Shown: positions 1 to 6,937 of the stretch, one piece after another
Position numbering within the stretch: the stretch's first letter is position 1
How the letters are laid out: every line of letters starts with the position of its first letter
DNA from: a virus
Lineage: Duplodnaviria > Caudoviricetes
Length of the DNA: 24,892 nucleotides
IMG/VR virus record: IMGVR_UViG_3300005527_000276
Span: 1 to 24,892 of that record
Direction: 5' to 3' (one strand)
Program-made: the position numbers and the translations under genes
Notes under the pieces: model-generated
Told to the model about the DNA's origin: nothing
Seen by the model: only the letters and a program-made list of their open reading frames with translations
Database searches by the model: none

Positions 1-215
1 ACGACGTGGATCCCGCGCATCGCCTCCATCGGGCCGATACCGAGCTCGACGCCGGTCAGGATCACCGCCGCGATGGCGGGCGCCTTGCCCACCAGGTGCC
101 GCGGGACGAATCCCTCGGCGCGAGCGAGCGCGTCCGCCAGCTTGAAGACGTCGCCCATCCCATCGAGGCGCACGCCACCCGTCAGAGCCAGTCCCGTACC
201 GTTGCCGTCAGCCAT
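1..215 (-). CDS. RecT-like single-strand annealing protein, N-terminal part (runs off the window edge)
   Basis: Manual translation from ATG 215 (TGATG overlap with the upstream stop): MADGNGTGLALTGGVRLDGMGDVFKLADALARAEGFVPRHLVGKAPAIAAVILTGVELGIGPMEAMRGIHV; G-x-ELG-x-x-PM-x-A...I-x-V is typical of RecT-family phage recombinases; lies directly after a YqaJ-like exonuclease; absent from the ORF track. Confidence 0.75.
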   Translation of the reverse strand, partial: MADGNGTGLALTGGVRLDGMGDVFKLADALARAEGFVPRHLVGKAPAIAAVILTGVELGIGPMEAMRGIHV

Positions 216-913
216 CACACACCACCCTCGCGGCCTCGCCGCAGTTCTTCGACCCTCTGCCACCCGACGACTGCCGCCTCGCGGAGTCGCCGGATCATCT
301 CGTCGTCGCGCTCGACGACCCACGGCACGAGGCCGCGGCGCATGCGCTCGTCCCAGCTCGCCCAGCCCCCGCCGTACACGACCAGCGCACTGTCGGCGCC
401 TGCGACGGCCATCGCCTGCTGCACCTGCCAGACCCAGTGGCGCGCCGGTCCGCGCCGGTCGCCGCGTTGGTCGGTCTTGATCTCGACCGGGACGAGCGCC
501 CCCGCGACACGGCACCAGCCATCCGGCGACCAGGAGAGTCGCGGCTGGTGCCGGTCGAGCAGCGGGAGCAGCTCGCGCGGCATCGCGTCGGCGTGCGTGA
601 TCGCCGGCCATCCCTGCGGCGGGGCCTCGTTCCACGCCGCGACCAGAGGCCGCTCGGCGTCGCTCCCGAGCTGGGCAGCGCGACCCGCGGACTTTGCCTT
701 GCGGGTGCCTGCCTTGACCGCGAACAGCCGCGCCGCCGCGTCGAGGATGTACTTGGGCGTCTCGTGGTCGGGCTCCTCGAGGCCGAGCGCGAGCAGGAGC
801 GCCAGCGCCTCCGAGGCGCCGAACGAGAGCAGCCGGCGGGCCAGCCACGGGTCGGCAGGCGGCGCGGCGTCGGTCGCGGCCGGGTACATGGCGTCGAGCG
901 AGAAGTCGATCAC
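215..913 (-). CDS. YqaJ-like / lambda-exonuclease family PD-(D/E)xK nuclease
   Basis: WLARR..FGASE N-terminal motif, SPDG...VEIKT catalytic motifs, QVQQAM motif; GTG 913 overlaps the upstream stop (GTGA). Confidence 0.85.
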   Translation of the reverse strand: MIDFSLDAMYPAATDAAPPADPWLARRLLSFGASEALALLLALGLEEPDHETPKYILDAAARLFAVKAGTRKAKSAGRAAQLGSDAERPLVAAWNEAPPQGWPAITHADAMPRELLPLLDRHQPRLSWSPDGWCRVAGALVPVEIKTDQRGDRRGPARHWVWQVQQAMAVAGADSALVVYGGGWASWDERMRRGLVPWVVERDDEMIRRLREAAVVGWQRVEELRRGREGGV

Positions 914-1233
914 CAGGCCTCCTCGAGCACGTACAAGGGGACTTCCTCCTCGACGCGCTGGCCCACGCGAGCCCACCGCTCGCGCTGCTCCGCCTCGATG
1001 AGTTCCAGCAGCGCCCAGCCGCGCCCGGGGGCGTCGGCTTCGGCGTCGTCGAGGGCGCCGACGAGCGAGTCACGCGCTTCCGCCTCGGACTCTGCGTCTG
1101 TCCAGCCGTCCGGTCCGTCCTGCGCGAGCATCTGCAGCGCGGACTCGGGGCGCAACAGGCGGAACCAGTGCCAGGCCAGGACGGCGTCGAGCGCAGCTAC
1201 CGTGGGAGCGAAAACGCTGGAATCGGTGTCCAC
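910..1233 (-). CDS. Hypothetical early protein (first gene of the leftward recombination operon)
   Basis: Acidic, helical ORF coupled to the exonuclease by GTGA; GTG 1233 chosen because it lies 7 nt downstream of a putative -10 box (ORF track start 1269). Confidence 0.6.
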   Translation of the reverse strand: MDTDSSVFAPTVAALDAVLAWHWFRLLRPESALQMLAQDGPDGWTDAESEAEARDSLVGALDDAEADAPGRGWALLELIEAEQRERWARVGQRVEEEVPLYVLEEAW

Positions 1234-1240
1234 GCACAGA

Positions 1241-1276
1241 ACAATGCGCTTTGTTGCACTAGCGCGCAAGCGCTAG
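1241..1276 (-). promoter_or_regulatory. Putative leftward early promoter (TTGCGC-17-CATTGT) overlapped by an 18-bp palindromic operator CTAGCGC-GCAA-GCGCTAG (1259-1276)
   Basis: Minus strand -35 at 1269-1264, 17-nt spacer, -10 at 1246-1241; AT-richer intergenic patch; 7-bp inverted repeat. Confidence 0.6.
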
Positions 1277-1298
1277 GTTCTTTGAACCATGCGCAAGC

Positions 1299-1913
1299 TC
1301 ACTCTCGCGCCGCGAGTACCACCACTCGGCGCACGGCGCCCCAGAGCGGCCAGGCCCCGGTGCACGCATCGAGGCGGACGGGCGCTTCGGCGGCGTGCGC
1401 GGCGGCAAGGAGCTCGGCCTCGACGCGGGCCGGCGGACCGACGCGGCGGCGGAGCCGGGCGTCGTCATAGACGGCGGCGGTGGCCTCCCTGATCTGCGCG
1501 ATCCGGCACGCGATGGCGGAGGCCGGCGCGGTGCGGAACTGACGCCGGAGCTCTTCGAGGTCCCAGCCATGGCGCAGGGCGCGGTCGAGCTGCTGGCGAG
1601 GTACCAGCAGGGCGGCGGCGAGATAGTCCGCCGCCGCTTCGCTCTGCTCGTGACCGTCCCGGTCGAGGGCCCAGTGCCCTATCTCGTGGGCGATGCGGAG
1701 GTGCACCTGGGCCGCGGGCGTGCGGCGCCCGAGGTAGATGGTGTCCTCCATGAGGACAGCTCCGCGGAGGTCGCTGTGCTCCACGTGCAGGCCGCACGCC
1801 GCGGCGAGCTCGTAGGCGTCGACCGGCCCGCCCTCCCCGCAGAGCGACGAATCGAGCAAGTCCCGGGCGATCCCCTCCAAGCGCGTCGAGTACACGCGAG
1901 CCTGACGAGTCAA
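1299..1913 (-). CDS. ImmA/IrrE family Zn metallopeptidase (anti-repressor protease)
   Basis: IAHEIGH (HExxH) followed by EAAADYLAAALLVP; PVD..LA...GL.V N-terminal pattern; immediately downstream of an XRE repressor. Confidence 0.88.
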   Translation of the reverse strand: MTRQARVYSTRLEGIARDLLDSSLCGEGGPVDAYELAAACGLHVEHSDLRGAVLMEDTIYLGRRTPAAQVHLRIAHEIGHWALDRDGHEQSEAAADYLAAALLVPRQQLDRALRHGWDLEELRRQFRTAPASAIACRIAQIREATAAVYDDARLRRRVGPPARVEAELLAAAHAAEAPVRLDACTGAWPLWGAVRRVVVLAARE

Positions 1914-1929
1914 CTCGCGTCGGACTGAC

Positions 1930-2388
1930 CTAGCGGCGCTTGCCCGGCGGCACCGGGCGGCGCCCCTCGGGCACCGGTGGCGGGGGCGCCGGGTCGAGCG
2001 CGGCGGCTCGCTCGGTCGCGACCGGGAGCAAGAACACGAGCTGCTCCCTCGTCACGACCCCGTCCCAGGAGTGCAGGTCCTTGCGCAACCTCGCCACGAC
2101 CTCGTCGGGGATCGGGCGGCCGGAGGCGGCGCGCTCCGCGATGAGCGCCTCGAGCTCGGGCTGGCCGGCCCGGTCGTGCTCGACCTGCGTGTCCCCTCGG
2201 AGCAGCCAGTCGACGGTCACGCCATAGAGTTCGGACAACCGCGACAAGATCGCTGCGTCCGGCGACTCCACCTTGCCGAGCTCGTAGCGGGACACGGTCA
2301 TGCTCGTGACATTGATCGCCCTCGCGGCGCCCTCCTGAGTGAGGCCTTTCGCCTGTCTGGCGTGCCTGAGCCGCGCTGAGAACGTCAC
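1930..2388 (-). CDS. XRE/HTH_3 immunity repressor (ImmR/CI-like, no S24 autoprotease domain)
   Basis: RLRHARQAKGLTQEGAARAINVTSMTVSRYELGKVESP...LSELYGVTVDWLLRG; divergent from a Cro-like gene; alternative start 2406. Confidence 0.88.
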   Translation of the reverse strand: MTFSARLRHARQAKGLTQEGAARAINVTSMTVSRYELGKVESPDAAILSRLSELYGVTVDWLLRGDTQVEHDRAGQPELEALIAERAASGRPIPDEVVARLRKDLHSWDGVVTREQLVFLLPVATERAAALDPAPPPPVPEGRRPVPPGKRR

Positions 2389-2452
2389 TGGCCTCGAGCC
2401 TCGCACCGCCGCGCGGCGGTCGCATCCGCCGCGCGTTTAGCGTACGGCTAGC

Positions 2453-2486
2453 TTGACACACTAGCCCGTTCGCGCTAGTTCGCAAG
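2453..2486. promoter_or_regulatory. Divergent lysis-lysogeny switch: rightward TTGACA (2453-2458) promoter, operator CTAGC-N8-GCTAG (2461-2478), possible overlapping leftward promoter TTGCGA-16-TAGTGT
   Basis: Perfect -35 hexamer followed by a palindrome filling the spacer; Cro ATG at 2490 has no Shine-Dalgarno, consistent with a leaderless mRNA. Confidence 0.65.
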
Positions 2487-2489
2487 CGC

Positions 2490-2717
2490 ATGACGGCGAC
2501 AATAGGATCGAGGCTGCTGAAAGCACGGCTGAAGAAGAACCTGACGCAGGCCCAGCTGGCTCGGGAAAGCGGGCTGTCCTCAGAACAGCTGATCAGCCGG
2601 TACGAGCGCGGCGTGTCGACGCCCAGAGCCGGCATCATCGTCGAACTCGCTCGCGCGCTCGGCGTCTCTGCGGGATGGCTGCTTTCGGGCCCAAGCGGCT
2701 CAAGGAGGGAGCCGTGA
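2490..2717 (+). CDS. Cro-like XRE HTH transcriptional regulator
   Basis: RLLKARLKKNLTQAQLARESGLSSEQLISRYERGVSTP...LARALGVSAGWLL; 75 aa, divergent from the repressor. Confidence 0.88.
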   Translation: MTATIGSRLLKARLKKNLTQAQLARESGLSSEQLISRYERGVSTPRAGIIVELARALGVSAGWLLSGPSGSRREP

Positions 2718-2905
2718 CCTCTCTGAGTCAGCTCGAGGCCGCGCTGGCCTCCCTCGGCTGCGTCCTGTCGCTGCACCACGCGGATCGCACTTGGTGGGCG
2801 ACCGCGACCGTGGGCGACACGAGCCGGGCGTGCTCCGGCGACACCCTCGTCGACGCCGTCAACGAGGCGCTCCGATGGGCGAACGGTCGGCGGGGGCACG
2901 CATGA
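2714..2905 (+). CDS. Small hypothetical protein
   Basis: GTG in a GTGA overlap, AGGAGG RBS upstream; coupled to the next gene by ATGA. Confidence 0.7.
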   Translation: MTSLSQLEAALASLGCVLSLHHADRTWWATATVGDTSRACSGDTLVDAVNEALRWANGRRGHA

Positions 2906-3021
2906 GGATTCTCCTGCGCACGCTCGCGCTCGATGCCAGCCTGCTCCTCGCGGTGGCAGCAGCGGCTGCCGCCACGACGCTCGTCGGCGAGGCGGTCTCC
3001 CTCGTGCGGGGGCTCCGATGA
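2902..3021 (+). CDS. Small hydrophobic (single membrane helix) protein, 39 aa
   Basis: MRILLRTLALDASLLLAVAAAAAATTLVGEAVSLVRGLR; ATGA overlaps at both ends. Confidence 0.55.
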   Translation: MRILLRTLALDASLLLAVAAAAAATTLVGEAVSLVRGLR

Positions 3022-3182
3022 GCCTCCCCCCGAAGTGCACCGACTGCGACTACTGCGTCCCGCCCGGTCCGCAGGACGAACTCGTCGTCTGCCGGTACTA
3101 CCCCACCCGGCCCGGGAGGCACCAGCGCCGCTCGCCGAGGCCTGAGTCCTGCCCGCTCGCGTTGCATGGGGTGCGGCTGTGA
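3018..3182 (+). CDS. Small Cys-rich putative metal-binding protein, 54 aa
   Basis: Manual translation MSLPPKCTDCDYCVPPGPQDELVVCRYYPTRPGRHQRRSPRPESCPLALHGVRL; ATGA/GTGA overlaps at both ends; below the ORF track cutoff. Confidence 0.6.
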   Translation: MSLPPKCTDCDYCVPPGPQDELVVCRYYPTRPGRHQRRSPRPESCPLALHGVRL

Positions 3183-3481
3183 CGCGGGTCGACCCCCCCG
3201 AAGTCCGGCGCGCCCAGGGTGTCGCCATGAGCGACGAGCACGATACCGTCGAGCCCGTCGAGGTGGACGCGCAGGCCGAGGCCGAGCGCCAGCAGCGGCA
3301 GTACGCGCTCCACGCCGAGTGGGTGGCCGACCAGTGGGACTCCATGCGCGACGACGAGGAGCTGCTGGTCAGCATGGGCGCGCTGCGGGTGTTCTTGCGC
3401 GGCCGGCTGTTCGACGCGTTGTCCGAGCCGTTGCTCCCGCTCAGCGAGGACAGCCCGAGCGAGGGCGAGGAGGACGTTTGA
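3179..3481 (+). CDS. Acidic hypothetical protein
   Basis: GTGA-coupled start (alternative ATG 3227); TGATG overlap with the next gene; GC-rich third codon positions. Confidence 0.65.
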   Translation: MTRVDPPEVRRAQGVAMSDEHDTVEPVEVDAQAEAERQQRQYALHAEWVADQWDSMRDDEELLVSMGALRVFLRGRLFDALSEPLLPLSEDSPSEGEEDV

Positions 3482-3819
3482 TGGAAAACCTGCGCTGTCC
3501 ATTCTGCGACGGAGAGCACATCCACCAAGCCCGCGTGGAGGTCGGCTTCCGACAAAAGGAAGACGAGAGAATCTCGACCCGTGTGATGGTTGCTCGCAAT
3601 CAAGTGACGAGCGACCGCAAGGCGCTGGGCGGACGTCGCGACGAACTGTTCATCTATTTCTGGTGCGAACAGTGCAGCCCGGAAGCCCATGTCCACAACT
3701 TCGGGAACGAACTGGACGACGACCAAAGGGCTGATTTTGCGCTGCGAGTGTACCAGCACAAAGGCCATACGATGACGGAGTGGTGGACATATCGCATGTC
3801 CAAAATGGGGGGCAAATGA
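3481..3819 (+). CDS. Putative Zn-ribbon protein (CPFC...CEQC)
   Basis: MENLRCPFCDG...FWCEQCS; GGAGG RBS; coupled at both ends; visibly more AT-rich than its neighbours. Confidence 0.7.
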   Translation: MENLRCPFCDGEHIHQARVEVGFRQKEDERISTRVMVARNQVTSDRKALGGRRDELFIYFWCEQCSPEAHVHNFGNELDDDQRADFALRVYQHKGHTMTEWWTYRMSKMGGK

Positions 3820-4403
3820 CCCGCCTCGATCACCCCGACGTCGAGCGCCGCACGTGGCGCGATGCCGTCGCCGAGTCAGTCGTCGCGTGCGCGCTGGTGG
3901 CCTGCGTGGGCCTTGTGCCGGTGCTGCGGTTAGCGTCTGCCGACGCGGACGCGGCCGACGACGAGACCGCGGCCGTCATGCTCGCGAGAACCTGCGTCTC
4001 CGAGCGCGGATGGGCGGTCGAGAGCGACGACTGCGCGGCGATCGCGGAGGTCGTCCGTGGGCGCATGGAGCGCACCGGGGAGTCCTGGGTCGAAGCGCTG
4101 GGCGAGTTGTCTCCGCGCTTGCACGGTGACGCGCCCATCGGTCGCCCGTGGCTGCGCGGGCTCGTCGACGAGCGGCGTCCCGATGGCTGGCGGCTGGCTC
4201 GCTGGGAGTCCCATCGCGACGCCTGGTTGCGGACCCTCGAGGAGGCCCGCGCGCTGATCGCCGAGGAGCGCCGGGTCTGCTCGTCCGCCCCGGTGTCTTG
4301 GGGGTCGGCCGATGACGTCCGCAGACGCGCCGGCCGCGGGGCCAGGTGGCACGAGGTCGAGTGCGGGGAGACGCTGAACCGGTTCGGCTGGTGGTCGCGG
4401 TGA
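3816..4403 (+). CDS. Membrane-anchored/secreted SleB-like (Hydrolase_2) cell-wall hydrolase, divergent
   Basis: N-terminal hydrophobic segment followed by MLARTCVSERG...AAIAEVVRGR, resembling the SleB LAR..xxEA.G...A.VV.NR motif. Confidence 0.5.
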   Translation: MTRLDHPDVERRTWRDAVAESVVACALVACVGLVPVLRLASADADAADDETAAVMLARTCVSERGWAVESDDCAAIAEVVRGRMERTGESWVEALGELSPRLHGDAPIGRPWLRGLVDERRPDGWRLARWESHRDAWLRTLEEARALIAEERRVCSSAPVSWGSADDVRRRAGRGARWHEVECGETLNRFGWWSR

Positions 4404-5074
4404 GGCTCGCCGGCATCGACCCGCTGCCGTCGGAACCGGTGATGCGCGCTCGAGCGAGCTCGGCCTGGTACACGCCGCCAGACGCGGCGGCAGTGGTGGC
4501 TCGCATGGCCTATTCGGCGGCGCTGCGCCGGCCCGAGGTCGCTGGCGTCGAGCCCTGGCGCATCCTGGAGCCTGCGGCGGGCCACGGCGCACTCATCGAT
4601 GCCCTCGTCGGCGAGCTTGCGCCCAGCCGCGAGACCATCGTCGACGCGGTCGAGCTCGACTCGCATGCGGCGGTCGTGCTCGCCGACAAGGCCCTGTCCT
4701 GGCCGTGCCGGGCGCGGGTTCATCTCGACGACTACCTCGAGCGGCCTGCGCCGGCGCGGCCATACGACCTCGCGGTCATGAATCCGCCCTACGAGGGCGG
4801 GCTGGATTCGCTGTTCCTGCGCAAGGCCATGGACGAGAGCTTGCGGGTGGTGGCGCTCGTGCGGCTGGCGCTGCTCGAGAGCCAGCGGAGCTACGAGCGG
4901 GTGTGGTCTCGTCTCGACGGCGAGTGGCGCCTGATCGAGCTGCGGCCATTCGTCCAGCGGCCCGTGTTCGCTGCGCCCTCCTCGAGGGCGTGCGGGGGCA
5001 AGACCGCGTTCTGCGCGTTGAAGCTGTCCAGGGTCCGCGGCGAACGGGGGACGGTCGTGGGGTTCGTCCGATGA
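4400..5074 (+). CDS. Orphan N6-adenine DNA methyltransferase
   Basis: WYTP (motif X), ILEPAAGHG (motif I), AVELD, VMNPPY (motif IV); GTG 4400 overlaps the upstream stop. Confidence 0.88.
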   Translation: MRLAGIDPLPSEPVMRARASSAWYTPPDAAAVVARMAYSAALRRPEVAGVEPWRILEPAAGHGALIDALVGELAPSRETIVDAVELDSHAAVVLADKALSWPCRARVHLDDYLERPAPARPYDLAVMNPPYEGGLDSLFLRKAMDESLRVVALVRLALLESQRSYERVWSRLDGEWRLIELRPFVQRPVFAAPSSRACGGKTAFCALKLSRVRGERGTVVGFVR

Positions 5075-5547
5075 GCCTGCTCGTCCACGTCCCCGGGGAC
5101 CCGGTGCCCAAGGCGCGAGCGCGCGTGGTAGGCGGGCGCGGAGTCACGCCGGCCAAGACGCGCGAGTACGAGCGCCGAGTCGGCGTGTACGCGCTGCAGG
5201 CCCGCAGCGAGCACCAGCAGTCGAAGCCCTGGTCGATGCTGGGGTGGTATCGAGTCGAGATCCGATTTTGTCGGGAAGAGGCGCGGGGAGACCTGGACAA
5301 CGTGGCCAAGTCCATCCTCGACGGGCTGTGCGGCGTGCTGTACCTCGACGACGCCCGCGTCGTGTCCCTGGTCGTCGAGCGCCTGTACGAGGGCCAGGTC
5401 GGCGCCTGGGTGACGGTGACGGAGGTGCCTGCCCCCGGCGGCTCGCCAGCGCCCCGCAAGCGGCCCGCCGCCCGCGCCCCAAAGGCGGACCATCCGTGGC
5501 GGGGTCGCGCCGCGTTGCCGGCCAAAGGCTACCGGGGCGGGGCATGA
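5071..5547 (+). CDS. rusA: RusA family Holliday junction resolvase
   Basis: VPGDPVPKARAR, TPAKTREYE, GDLDNVAKSILDGL..LYLDDARVV. Confidence 0.92.
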   Translation: MSLLVHVPGDPVPKARARVVGGRGVTPAKTREYERRVGVYALQARSEHQQSKPWSMLGWYRVEIRFCREEARGDLDNVAKSILDGLCGVLYLDDARVVSLVVERLYEGQVGAWVTVTEVPAPGGSPAPRKRPAARAPKADHPWRGRAALPAKGYRGGA

Positions 5548-5831
5548 ACCACCGGTGGGAGCGCGAGGGGCGGCACGACACGGGCGAAGCGCGGCTGCGT
5601 TGCGCCATGTGCGGCATGCTGGCTGCCTGGCCAGGCGCGAGGCTCCCGTGCCCCGGCAGGGCGGCGCACGGCCTCGAGCTCGCCGAGGCACGCGAGCAGC
5701 TCTCCGGGGCGCGCAGGTCGCTCCGGCGGTACGAGCGCGAGCTCGTCCGATGGCGGCGCGCGCTCCTCCTCGAGGCGCGGGCGTGCCTGGGCCGGTACCG
5801 ACGCGAACTCGCGGCCAAGGAGGCCGCGTGA
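5544..5831 (+). CDS. Small Zn-finger-like protein with C-terminal coiled coil
   Basis: MNHRW...RCAMCGMLAAWPGARLPC; ATGA/GTGA overlaps at both ends. Confidence 0.65.
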   Translation: MNHRWEREGRHDTGEARLRCAMCGMLAAWPGARLPCPGRAAHGLELAEAREQLSGARRSLRRYERELVRWRRALLLEARACLGRYRRELAAKEAA

Positions 5832-5995
5832 AGCCCGCGCTCCCGAAGTGTGGGCACGTATGGCGGGCGGGGCCGCGGCCGGCTGTGTGGCGCTGCTCGC
5901 TCTGCGCGGTGCTCTCGACGTGGCCGGCTGCGAAGACGCCGTGCCTGATGCGGAACTTGACGGTGCGGCACCGGCCGCAGGAGGCGACTCGATGA
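5828..5995 (+). CDS. Small Zn-finger-like protein (paralogue of the preceding gene)
   Basis: GHVW...RCSLCAVLSTWPAAKTPC; GTGA/ATGA overlaps; GGAGG RBS. Confidence 0.6.
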   Translation: MKPALPKCGHVWRAGPRPAVWRCSLCAVLSTWPAAKTPCLMRNLTVRHRPQEATR

Positions 5996-6936
5996 CTTGG
6001 TTCCGGGTGGACGATGGGTTCGGCGAGCATCCGAAGGTGGACGCCCTCGGAGCGGACCAGGGCGCCGCCCTTTCGGTCTGGTTGCTATGCGGGACCGCAT
6101 GCGCTCGGACCCTCTCGGACGGGTTCGTGACCCAGGCCATGCTCGTCCGTGCATGCGCGAGCCTGGGCCCGGCGACCCGCGCCCGAGGGGTCGCCGCACT
6201 GGTAAGAGTGGGGTTGTGGGAGGAGGGCCAGAACGGCAGCCAGAACGGCTGGCGGTTCCACGACTGGCACGACCACCAGCCCTCCCGAGAGTCCGTCATC
6301 GCGAAGCGAGATGCCGAAAAAGCCAAGAAGCGCGGGCAAAGAGTACCTTTGTCCCCAGGGGACAAGTCTGGGACGTCCCCGGGTAAACCTGCAGCTTGTC
6401 CCCCGGGGAGTCCCCCGGGGAGTCCCATGGGGAGTCCCGCCCCTCCCGTCCCGACCCGTCCCGACCCGTCCCGATCCAGTACCCCTCACATACATCGTTC
6501 GGGGTCTGAGACGCGCGCGCCCGCGCCCGCGCGACCCCCGCCGTCGGGTGATGTGTTGGTCCCGGTGGTCGAGGCCACGTGGGCCGAATGGCGGCGGGTG
6601 TTCGGGCGTGTGCCAGCGGCCGGCTCGGTGCAGGCCGTCAGCGCCATCCTGCTCGGCCGGGCGGGCACTCCGACGCACGAGGAGCGCCGCACTGCCGACC
6701 GGTGCCGGGCCCTGATGGACCAGGCGCCGAGCAACGGCGAGGTTCTTTCGTGGACCAAGCGGGCAGTCGCGGCGTTCCGCCTCGACGACTACGCCGCATC
6801 GAGCGGCCATCCGTTCGCACTGTTCGCCGCCCGAGCTGGTGAGTTCGCGGCCCGGTCGGCCGTGCAGCCGAATCACGTGCCAGATGACTTTTCGGATGTT
6901 CCCAGCATCGAGTCTCGCTTCGGACCGGAGGTGTGA
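5992..6936 (+). CDS. Phage replication initiator protein (lambda O/DnaD-like organisation)
   Basis: MTWFRVDDGFGEHPKV...L..GLW...W.FHDW..HQPS N-terminal domain, internal repeat/Pro-rich linker, directly upstream of a DnaC-like ATPase. Confidence 0.8.
   Translation: MTWFRVDDGFGEHPKVDALGADQGAALSVWLLCGTACARTLSDGFVTQAMLVRACASLGPATRARGVAALVRVGLWEEGQNGSQNGWRFHDWHDHQPSRESVIAKRDAEKAKKRGQRVPLSPGDKSGTSPGKPAACPPGSPPGSPMGSPAPPVPTRPDPSRSSTPHIHRSGSETRAPAPARPPPSGDVLVPVVEATWAEWRRVFGRVPAAGSVQAVSAILLGRAGTPTHEERRTADRCRALMDQAPSNGEVLSWTKRAVAAFRLDDYAASSGHPFALFAARAGEFAARSAVQPNHVPDDFSDVPSIESRFGPEV
6349..6474. repeat. Iteron-like repeats, putative replication origin within the initiator gene
   Basis: Palindrome TTGTCCCC-A-GGGGACAA (6349-6365); three tandem 12-mers GTCCCNNGGGGA (6398-6433); three tandem 10-mers CCCGTCCCGA (6445-6474). 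Confidence 0.7.
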
Positions 6937-6937
6937 T

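Noticed and set aside
6-1276. Long plus-strand ORFs 6-1001 and 437-1276
   Set aside because: Shadows of the minus-strand RecT/YqaJ operon; low-complexity Arg/Ser/Ala translations
1276-1288. Small inverted repeat GGTTC-TTT-GAACC downstream of the ImmA-like gene
   Set aside because: 5-bp stem is too weak to call a terminator or operator from sequence alone
6398-6474. Short tandem repeats as a possible CRISPR array
   Set aside because: Repeats are 10-12 bp, contiguous, without unique spacers, inside a CDS, and no cas genes are present
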